From: Octopus bimaculoides
Taxonomy: Eukaryota
Reading direction: 5' to 3'
Assembly (NCBI RefSeq): GCF_001194135.2
Contig: NC_068981.1
Location: forward strand, 146,953,276 to 147,017,275
DNA: 64,000 bases
Shown: positions 26,801 through 37,485 of the stretch, piece after piece
Position numbering within the stretch: the first letter of the stretch is position 1
Layout of the letters: every line of letters starts with the position of its first letter
Position numbers and translations under genes: made by a program
Notes under the pieces: model-generated
Database searches by the model: none
Told to the model about the DNA's origin: nothing
Seen by the model: only the letters and a program-made list of their open reading frames with translations

Positions 26801-27338
26801 TGCATATTCATAGAAAAGAGAGCACTACTATTTACATAGCTGTACATTTAAGTAATTTACTCTTATAAGAAATACTGTTACACTTCATAAACAACATTTT
26901 GTTAAATGGAATGACTGGCCAAAATAGCTACTGACCTTGAAATCAGTTGTCCTAAAAACCCATCCTTGAATGTTTACTTAGACAACTATGTATGCAATAA
27001 CAAACATTTATCTTTTTACACATTTTAAATTAAGAGAGGTAATTTGAAGCAAGAAAAATTAACTTTCATGTAGCTTCTGCACTGCCCTTAATGCTTACTT
27101 TAATACTTGTTTCAGTCACTTGACTGTGGCCATGCTGGAGCACCGCCTTTAGTCGAGCAAATCGACCCCAGGATTTATTCTAAGTAAGCCTAGTACTTTA
27201 TTGGTTTCTTTTGCCGAACCGCTAAGTTACGAGGACGTAAAAACACACCAGCATCGGTTGTCAAATAATGTTGAGGGGGAGGGGACAAACACAGACAAAC
27301 AAATATATACACACACACACATATATATATATATATAT

Positions 27339-28197
27339 NNNNNNNNNNNNNNNNNNNNNNNNNNNNNNNNNNNNNNNNNNNNNNNNNNNNNNNNNNNNNN
27401 NNNNNNNNNNNNNNNNNNNNNNNNNNNNNNNNNNNNNNNNNNNNNNNNNNNNNNNNNNNNNNNNNNNNNNNNNNNNNNNNNNNNNNNNNNNNNNNNNNNN
27501 NNNNNNNNNNNNNNNNNNNNNNNNNNNNNNNNNNNNNNNNNNNNNNNNNNNNNNNNNNNNNNNNNNNNNNNNNNNNNNNNNNNNNNNNNNNNNNNNNNNN
27601 NNNNNNNNNNNNNNNNNNNNNNNNNNNNNNNNNNNNNNNNNNNNNNNNNNNNNNNNNNNNNNNNNNNNNNNNNNNNNNNNNNNNNNNNNNNNNNNNNNNN
27701 NNNNNNNNNNNNNNNNNNNNNNNNNNNNNNNNNNNNNNNNNNNNNNNNNNNNNNNNNNNNNNNNNNNNNNNNNNNNNNNNNNNNNNNNNNNNNNNNNNNN
27801 NNNNNNNNNNNNNNNNNNNNNNNNNNNNNNNNNNNNNNNNNNNNNNNNNNNNNNNNNNNNNNNNNNNNNNNNNNNNNNNNNNNNNNNNNNNNNNNNNNNN
27901 NNNNNNNNNNNNNNNNNNNNNNNNNNNNNNNNNNNNNNNNNNNNNNNNNNNNNNNNNNNNNNNNNNNNNNNNNNNNNNNNNNNNNNNNNNNNNNNNNNNN
28001 NNNNNNNNNNNNNNNNNNNNNNNNNNNNNNNNNNNNNNNNNNNNNNNNNNNNNNNNNNNNNNNNNNNNNNNNNNNNNNNNNNNNNNNNNNNNNNNNNNNN
28101 NNNNNNNNNNNNNNNNNNNNNNNNNNNNNNNNNNNNNNNNNNNNNNNNNNNNNNNNNNNNNNNNNNNNNNNNNNNNNNNNNNNNNNNNNNNNNNNNN
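27339..28197. other. Assembly gap (N run) inside the TIR-HEAT gene; other gaps at 5739-5748, 6769-6778, 23489-23528, 39512-40089 and 55854-55902
   Basis: Runs of n in the sequence. Confidence 0.99.
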
Positions 28198-28232
<35 letters not shown>

Positions 28233-28258
28233 ATGTATATATATATATATATATATAT

Positions 28259-28665
28259 AAGAATGAGATAAAGAGACCAATGGCATAAGTAAATTTATAC
28301 ACAATCCTACACACATTTTCCACTCACTTCAGGCTGTCCTTTAAGTAAATAACGCACAGAGTAAACTGGATACGAGATGATATATATCCACAAATGCAAC
28401 TATAATTATCATTGGAAAATACCCACACGGATTCTATACATGGATATTTATTGTTGGAATGGAACTATACTCCAAGTACTTTTTCTTCTCCGCATCGCTC
28501 TCATTTCTTACTGCAAATCTCCTCATACAGATGTAATAATCCTTATCTTCTACTATTACCGTCTCTCAGATGAAGTGATACATTGAATTTTCCCTGAAAC
28601 AGCTGTAAGACATTCTACATAAAATATAAATTTACTTATGCCATTGGTCTCTTTATCTCATTCTT
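28259..28665. mobile_element. Element with perfect 41-bp terminal inverted repeats and an internal hammerhead-like motif
   Basis: aagaatgagataaagagaccaatggcataagtaaatttata (28259-28299) and its exact reverse complement (28625-28665), set in TA-rich sequence. Confidence 0.75.
28561..28611 (+). ncRNA. Degenerate minimal hammerhead motif with a palindromic helix III
   Basis: GTCT-CT[CA]GATGA-AGTGA...TTCCCT-GAAA-CAGCTG-TA-AGAC. ACAGCTGT at 28599-28606 is a palindrome, and GTCT/AGAC can form helix I. Confidence 0.5.
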
Positions 28666-28814
28666 TTTTATATACACACACACGCTAATACACGACCCAT
28701 GTTATATTCCCCATTCATGTTGCAACCACATCTGGGGCAAAACTAGTCGGTATACATCACTTACTCGGTATTACCTGTATCATTAGGGTCTGGTTGACTC
28801 CATTACACTTCATA

Positions 28815-28860
<46 letters not shown>

Positions 28861-29573
28861 CAGAAACAATTTAGCAACTAATAACCATTGTAAAGCTTTT
28901 CATTCCTGCCAACCCAGTCTTATTTCTTTTAAGACTTATTTATTCACTGTTTATCAGTAAATTCAAAACAAATATAAAATTCAGTGTTATTACAGAGGCG
29001 TACATACCAGACAAGTTATTTTATCTGAGATCGCATGTTGGAACTAAAATGATTTCAGTATGGATGATACCTGTTAGCCATTGTCAATGTTTTCATTGCT
29101 CAAAACTGCAACATGGTCTCTAGTAGGTTGCAGTTCTGGGCACCAAAAATTTTGACACCATACAACAAACAAACAAACAAACAAACAAATATTAAAGAGA
29201 AGATAACAGTCATTGTGTGTTTCTGAACAACTAACGTGTTATCATCAATGTTAATTTAACCTACTTCTAAACTATCAAATACTGCACACTGTCACCTTAA
29301 CTTCACCACACATGCACACAAACAATCCATTTATATATAGGCTGTATCGCTTTGTCATGTGAGAACTTAAATGCGAGTCAATTATACCAATAAATAAAAT
29401 TCATTTGACTGAACTTCTCAATCATAAGTGTTTTGGAATAATGATCCAAACACATACTGACAATCTATTCTTGTATAAAATAAGGTTAGTAAAAAAAACA
29501 AACTATGATAAATTAAACAAAGTCAAGATAGACAACTATAATCTTTATTCTCTTTCCTTTCAGACTTATGTGT

Positions 29574-29604
<31 letters not shown>

Positions 29605-31235
29605 GTCATATTTTTGCAGGTTAAAACTATTGCCAGCAACATTTAAAGCAATCTGCATGTTCTTCATTGTGAATATTTAGTTAGACGCAGAAAATTCTAG
29701 GACATTCTAATCTAAATCATTGTAATTTATTTTCCACCTAATTACAATATTCATAGTATCAAGCCACCCTTCTTCATTAATATCACTGCAACACTAATGC
29801 AATTACAGTATGCCACTGCATACCAACGAAGAAGCCGCTCTGTTGCTGTCCAACCTGCTAGAAATAGCAACCAAATCTCCATAGACTACTGTCATTAAAA
29901 AAAAAACCCACAAAAAGGAAGGAAGAACAAATTGTATACCAAGATCCTAGATAAATCTTGCCCTGAAAGAGGAATGGGATAATGGTTGTAGCTTCTTGAT
30001 CAAGGACTTGAATTCATGAGGGCAGATGGGTTAGACAACATCACCTGTAGCCACCGGTACTAATGATTACAGCTCTCATAAGCCAAGATATTAACTTCCA
30101 TATAGTTGCTAGACTTGAACTTAGTGAATGTGACTGCTGGGTTTCTCTTGAGTTGCACCCTTCTATCTTAAATGGCAAGTGGAAACGTTCAGTTTTACAT
30201 CTGTTTTTCCATGCTAGCATGGGTCAGATCATCAGGTTACTGAAGCATTGTTTTTCAGCTAGATGCCTTTCCTAGCCCTAACCTTCAACTGTGAGAGATC
30301 TCTTATTCCACACTTCAAAGACATGAAGAGTGAACAGACAATTTATTAACAGAAGTACAAACAATACTATTCAAATATCATGAGTTTCTAATATTCAAGC
30401 AAAGTTCTAAATATACAGACACATACATGCACATACATAAATGCTAGGGTTTCAGACCTCACATCTCTGATTGCTCTATTGATGTTGGCCCAGGACTATA
30501 GCAGAAAACACTTGCTCAACAACATACCATGCAGTGGAAGAGAACTTAATTACACATCCATGCTGCCCACATCTATCTTGTGAAGGCTGAAAGGGGAAAA
30601 GCAGACAAAAGGGAATATCTAAAGAAATTAAAATGGTTTTAAGCATTTTAAACTTGCCCAACACAATTACACAGACAGAAAACTATACAAATGCAAATCT
30701 TCTGTTGTCTTAATAGAGAGAGAAGGATCAAAAAACATTTTTCTTTTTTCAGCAGAGATGGTATTTGTTATTTGAGAACCATTACATTATTGAATATAGC
30801 ATGAGATAGATCATGTACTGTTCTGACAGTTTCAAAGTTACACTGGTCTCCTTCCATATTACTAATGCATAAAGTCTCTACCTTTCAAGCTACAAATCAC
30901 CAGGATTACCAGTTTCATGATGAGAAATTCTAGAATATGGCATTTATGTTCTTCAGTTTCTTTTTGAATTTGTTCTCAAAACAGACACAAACCGATTAGG
31001 AAAGAGCTGTTGGCATTCAGTATTTCCTTGTGCATGATAAGCTTAAGTATTTTAAACATATCATATATGCATATAGACATAGTTGACTCATTTGAACAGG
31101 CATGTGATGAGAAAGCCTTCACTTCCTTGTTTGCTCAAGATGATAGCAATATTTCTAATCATGTCACTCAAATTATCACATACAAGGAACACAAAATTCA
31201 CAGAAGTAATGGTTTTCACTCAAAGAGAAGTCATT

Positions 31236-32054
31236 AAATTTACAAATAAATGCATGAAATTTTGATACAATATAGATACAATAATGGAAATTAATATGCA
31301 CCAGTCAAATTTTGCAACATCAGTACATCACATATGAAAAATGACATCGCTTAAATGGCAGCCATTTTCAGCTTCGCACACCCGTACTCTTTCCAAAACT
31401 TGCACCATAACACCCTCAAGAGTTTCAGACCCCACTTCTCTGATTTCTCTATTGATGTTCTCCATCAGTTGCACCAGGGTCTCAGGGTTTTTGATGTAAA
31501 CCCTCTCTTTCAGGTATCCCCACAAGAAAAAAATCCAAGCTAGTCAAGTGAGAGTAACATGAAGGCCAGTTGAAATTGCTGTAGCAGATTATTCTCTCTC
31601 CAAAGCATTGCCATAACAACTGCATTCTCTTGCAGTATGAGCAGTTGTCCCATCTTGCTGGAACCATGTGGGAGGTCTACTTTAAATGGCCTTCACGTTA
31701 CCCAGACTCGACTAGCTTGGATTTTTTTCTTGTGGGGATACCTGAAAGAGAGAGTTTATGTCAACAAACTGGAGATCCTGGTGCAACTGAAGGAGAACAT
31801 CAATAGAGAAATCAGAGAAGTGGGGTCTGAAATTCTTGGGGGTGTTATGGTGCAAGTTTTGGAAAGAGCACAAGTGTGTGAAGCCGAAAATGGCTGCCAT
31901 TTAAGTGATGTAGTGGTGTTACAAAATTTGACTTGTGCATATTAATTTCCATTATGTCTTTTATATTGTATCAAAAAATTTCATGCATTTATTTGTAAAG
32001 TTACGGAAATTATAATAAATTGAAATCCATCAGTGAATTTTGGGACATCTTGTA
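31236..32054. mobile_element. Fold-back made of two inverted copies of the 3' end of a Tc1/mariner (rosa/DD41D-like) transposase
   Basis: Both arms encode ...LDFFLWGYLKERVY..PETLVQL.ENINREIREVGSE.L.GVMVQVLER..VCEAENGCHLSDV (- at 31328-31550, + at 31706-31915). The inverted arms run 31236-32002, and a TIR-like end tgggacatcttgTA lies at 32041-32054. Confidence 0.82.
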
Positions 32055-34757
32055 TCTGCACAGAAAGCAAGTCACAACATCCATATACAAAAGAATCATG
32101 CCATTCACACAGAAAAGACAAATAAATTATGTGAAGTCTTAGTTTGGATGCATTGAATTTGATTTCCCCCCACTTGTTTAATAACTAGGTTGTACTGATA
32201 ACTACATTAGATAAACTTCATAAAAGGTTACAACTCCTTGTTATTTGCCAGTCTAAAGCTGTCCACTCCAATACTCTTATCCTATTTCACAGTGACTGGC
32301 AAAAAGTTTATTGCAGCAACATAGTAACATCTGGCCTATAACACATTGGAATTTCAAATCAGTTGACCTTATATAGTAGCTACAAAAATGTTCACATTTT
32401 GCTATAAAACAAGCATACAGCAAGTACACTGCTTCTACCAGAGACTAATTAATCCTACCCTATTAACTTAATACTCCAAGTATTATATTTATAGCAATGA
32501 GCTAAACAATAAAATGAAATGCAGTTACTATTGCGTAACACAAGTAACTGTAGTTGTTTCAGTTTATATTTTTATATTTCCAGTCATTTCAGTAATGCAA
32601 TAAGTGAGATACCAGCTCAAAAAGGTCTCAAGTTCAAAATCTTTTATGGATATTTTCATTGTGTACTGAAATCCACATGCTTAAATTCTACATACCTCAT
32701 ATGATTTTAGGTTCTAAACTAGAGCCGAACACTTACCCTAAAAAATCCTCTTAAGGAATGCGAGTCAACTATACCAATAAATAAAATTCATTTGACTGCC
32801 AGTCCTCAGTCAAACCGTCCAACCCATGCCAGCATGGAAAGTGGATGTTAAACAATGATGATGATGATACCGTTAAGTAAAATGTAAATGTAGAACCAGA
32901 CAAAGAATGGGAAATTATAGTTTAACCTATAATTACATATGTGTACAACAAAGCCATAAACAAAGATAGATGCAAATGTGGTTGTGTGGTAAGAAGCTTG
33001 CTTCACAACTACATGGTTCTGGGTTCAGTCGCAGAGCTCCTTGAGCAAGTCTTCTATTATAGCCCCGAGGCCGACCAAAGCCCTATGAGTGGATCTGGTA
33101 CATAGAAACTGAAATAGGCCCATTATGTATGTGTGTGTGTGTGTGTGTCCATCACTGCTTGACAACCAGTGCTGATGTGTTTACATCCCTGTAACTTAGC
33201 AATTCGACAAAAGAGACTGATAGATAGGCTTAACAAAAAACAAGTACTGGAGTTGATTTATGACTAAATTTTTTCAGGGCAGTGCCCCAGTATAGCCACA
33301 GTCATGCATCTTATTTCTGTTTGTTGTAAGGATTTCATTTTGTACAGCTTTCTAGTAAATATTACAGTGGAATTGAACCAAAACTACAGAATACAATACT
33401 TGTGAGTTTAATAACTCCCTATACCCCTGCTGCTGCTAAGCACTGACAGGGAAGCCTCCAATGACTTGACATGCTAGAAACAACAGTGAAATAAAGAGAA
33501 AAAATTGCCTAAAATAGTTTGGCAAGACTTCCGCCCATCCCCACCCCCAAGACATGGGACGAGGTGGTGAAGCATGGTCTTCTGATGTTGGGTCTCACGT
33601 AAGAGATGACAAATGATCGAGACCTTTCGCGGTTTGCTGTGCTTGAAGAAACTCAACAGGTCAAATGAAATCGTAGCTGTGGACAGTGCCAGTGACACGT
33701 AAAATGCACCCAATACACTCTCAGAGTGGTTGGTGTTGGAAAGGGCATCCAGCTATAGAAACCAAGCCAAAATCAGACTGGAGCCTGGTACAGCCGTCCG
33801 GCTTACCAGTTCCAGTCATACCGTCTAACCCATGTCAGCATGGAAAACGGACGCTAAATGATGACATCTACACATTTCAACCTTATCAAGTGTGTTATTA
33901 GTGCATGTGTACATATTACCAGATTGTATTTGAACAACTTTTTCTAAACTAAATGCAAGAGCGTTCTTATCCACTAAGCCATTGACACATGTGCACCCTC
34001 TATCATAGGTGAGGTGTCAGCTGAATGGTTACACACATAATCACATAGGTTTGTCTCGTGATAAGCTGCACATAACAGAACCCGAGTAGCGATGGAATGT
34101 TAATCATCAGCTTCCAAAAAATACTAATAAACACCACTATATACATAAAGTACTCTTCCTATTGTTCGAGTGCTTTCATATAACACGCGGACCCACACAT
34201 GCACTATTGTACAAAAACAAACCTACAGGTATATATATGCATGATTCATCCATTCATTAAACTATCTTTTAAAACGGAAAACAAACAATCCGCTTCACTA
34301 AATATACAATTTAGCCATACTGTGACGAGTACTGAAAATTAAAAATTGTTACAACATAAGTTATATCTCTGTAAACCAAAAAAGGGATCAATGTGGTTAG
34401 TTTCAGGCTTTGTTAAATCTTCAGAGAAAAATTTTCCCCATCATCTGTCGCTTTTAGCAACTTATATTCAATACAGCTTTGCTTATTTCTCAGTGAGGCC
34501 GTAAACAAACAAACAAAAGTTATCCAAGAAAAATGTGTCGTGTAGCACACATATGCAAAAGCATGCTTATACATGTACAAAACACACATTAGCCTAATTA
34601 CGGCGAGACAGCTGGTAAATTGTATGATAAAATTGTTTTCTTTTGACAAGAGTAAAAGATTTCGAATATCCCAGAGTTTAAGCTCCGTAACAAAATTTTC
34701 AGGATGGAAAATAAAGTTGGTCGATTCCTTTCACATGAAAAACAAACATATCTTATA

Positions 34758-35144
34758 GGCGGAGGGGTGGCTGTGTGGTAAGTAGCTTGCTTACCAACCA
34801 CATGGCTCCGAGTTCAGTCCCACTGCGTGACACCTTGGGCAAGTGTCTTCTACTATAGCCACGGGCCGATCAAAGCCCTGCGAGTGGATTTGGTAGACGG
34901 AAACTGAAAGAAGCCCGTCGTATATATGTATGTGTGTTTATGTTTGTGTGTCTGTGTTTGTCCCCCGCCCAACATTACTTGACAACCGACGCTGGTGTAT
35001 TTACGTCCCCGTAAACTAGCGGTTCGGCAAAAGAGACCGACAGAATAAGCACTAGACTTCCAAATAAGTCCTGAGGTCGATTTGTTCGACTAAAGGCGGT
35101 GCACCAGCATGGCCACAGTCAAATGACTGAAACAAGTAAAAGAG
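34758..35144 (+). mobile_element. Well-preserved tRNA-derived SINE of the abundant family; other copies at 35350-35700 (+), 55680-56280 (+, interrupted), 5475-5720 (-), 27105-27338 (-), 38995-39300 (-) and 61365-61740 (-/+)
   Basis: Head ggctgtgtggtaagtagcttgcttaccaaccacatggctccgagttcagtccc with A/B-box-like motifs, an internal (TA/TG)n tract and the tail gactgaaacaagtaaaagag. Confidence 0.85.
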
Positions 35145-37343
35145 TATACCTTGTTTAAAAAAGTTACGAGGAAACGATGGACCGGGGGAATGCATGCATA
35201 AAAGAACTAATCGAATTAGCTTGCATTTTGAAAACGTTTTGTTTTGGAGCGTAAAATTCCGGAATACACAATATCTCTTTTTGCGATAAGAGGTAACAAG
35301 TAAGAAAACAAGAAAAATGTACTAGTATGGTGATTCCATATTTAGAAGTAGGCGTGGTTGTGTGGTGAGAAGCTTGCTTTCCAACCACATGGTTCCGGGT
35401 TCAGTCCCATTGCGTGACACCTTGAGGCTACTATAGCCTCAGGCCGACCAAAGCCTTGTAAGTGGATTTGGTAGACAGAAATTGAAAGAAGCCCGTCGTA
35501 TATATGTGTGTATGTCTTTGTTCTCCACCACCACCGCTTGACAACCGGTGTTGGTGTATTTACCTCCGCGTAACTTAGTGGTTCGGCAAAAAAATATCGG
35601 TACCAGGCCCAGGCCTAACTCCTGGGTTCGATTTGTTCGATTAAAACTCAAGGCGGTGGTGCAGCATAGCCGCAGTCAAATGACTGAAACAAGATAAAAG
35701 GTTTAATAGGCCTTAAAACATCAAGTATATTTGCAAAACCTGTTTCATCATAGCTAAGAACATGCTACAATAACAAGAAAAAAAAAGAGAAAGAAAAAAC
35801 TGGTGAGGGGATAAGAGAAAATAGAAAGAGTGGGGAGAAAGTGGTTGTGATAAGACATTTAGAAATTAAATACACCGCATAGAAGAAAAAACGAGGGAGG
35901 GAGAAAGGAAGTATACAAAAAAAAGGATGAGAGGGAAAATTACACAAATCGTTTAGAAAGAAAGATTGTGAAAGAAGAAAGATAAAGAAAAAAAATAGTG
36001 AAATGATTTTCCTCACCATACAAAAAGTTGAATGAGTTTTATCAATTCAAGCTACTCCTCTAATAGTTGATTTTTTTTTTCAACCCATAAAAGCTAGAAA
36101 CTTACTATTACTACTACTAATATTTAGCACAGCTACTATTGTTAACTACTTAAAAATAATAAACATCCCATGTAAAAGAGTGAAGGTAGAGAGAGATAGA
36201 CAGAAGGAAAAAAATCATAAGAGATCGAAAAACAGAGGTGGGAAGTGTGCGAGCATGTTCGTGTTTTACGTATGAAATTTCCAGTTGCTAAAGAATTTAA
36301 GCTTTGTCCTTAAGACTTTTGAAAGTATATCCCTGGTACATTTTTTCTAAGGCACTAAATCAACTGCCTGTAAAGGGTTATAAGGAGCGAAGATAGATCA
36401 CAATTGATCTATCTACCAGAAAAATTTAGACAAAAAATACAAGACGAAGTTTCGGAAGAAGTGGCAAAAACGAAAACTAATGATTGTCATTTTTTTTTTA
36501 ATTATTATTGTGTTTCATACAACGGAACTTACTATCCTGACCCCCACCTCCACTATTATATTTTTCATTTTTGTCCCATCCCTATTCATTCAGTAACCGG
36601 TGGAATTCTGCTTCAAGCACGCCATATAACCCATCATAACTTTATTTTTAGAAAATTTTTGCGAATTTGTATTCCTTTCCCAGGAGGCATGGGGTTCCTA
36701 ATCAAAATCCGCCAAACAGAGCAATCACCAACAGTGTTCCAGCATGTTCTTGGTTGTAGTGACTAAACTGAACTAAAACAACTGGCTGCATAAATCGAAG
36801 TCTGTCTGAATGAGTACACATGCGTTATTACTTAAGGGCAACAGTTGGTTGAAAAGCTGTCAGTTTGTGTTCGGAAGTCGGCTCAGACATTTCGACTCAA
36901 TTCGATTAACCTACCCACTCGTAAATACAAATTGCTGATGTAAGCATTAATAGTATCGTAAACATTTACTTATTTCCTATCCAAATGACTGAAGGGTTCA
37001 TATGATCGCACGAGCGAATAATAATAACCAAATCACCTTAAAATCATTTCGTACCATTTTAATCTCTATTAAAGCTGGAAGACCATCTGAGAGTAAGTTT
37101 GCTCGATAATAGTTAACCTGGAACTATACAACATCATTTTCTTCCTTCACTCAGAGACGAAAAAGGACAAGGGCTGAAATATTAAATTGTATACCCCTCA
37201 CAGCAAAACAACTTAAACTCCGATAGAAAACAACTGACTGTAACCAGTGATTGAAGTCGTCTCTTGGGAACTGCTAATTAGAATTGCAATAGAAGATACA
37301 AAAAGATGTGCTACAAAATCAATGGAAATAATAATATACTAAC

Positions 37344-37485
37344 CTTTTAAGTATAGCATAAAATCCTTGTTGCTGTGGCTGTAACTTATCATTAAATCAC
37401 GGCTGACTGGACGTATTGTAATTGGAGGGTGTTGATGTTTTTCTCTTCTGTACACAGGAGGACAACGGGATATTTTATGTCCCAT
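37344..37485 (-). CDS. TIR-domain / HEAT-repeat protein, first coding exon
   Basis: Acceptor ttttatttag|ATG and donor |gttagt; 142 nt. Translates MGHKISRCPPVYRREKHQHPPITIRPVSRDLMISYSHSNKDFMLYLK. DLMISYSHSNKDF is a TIR beta-A motif (DxFISYS). Confidence 0.8.

Noticed and set aside
27190-28323. Long ORFs of 300-377 aa in the track (also 39203-40398)
   Set aside because: They consist mostly of X residues from N gaps plus (TA)n translation.
34395-34460. Hammerhead-like CAGATGA...GAAG on the minus strand
   Set aside because: Core mutated at two positions and no convincing helix I or III.
36404-36766. 120-aa plus-strand ORF inside the TIR gene intron
   Set aside because: No recognisable motif, composition typical of AT-rich non-coding DNA, no consistent splice partners, and it does not supply the missing TIR exon on the minus strand.
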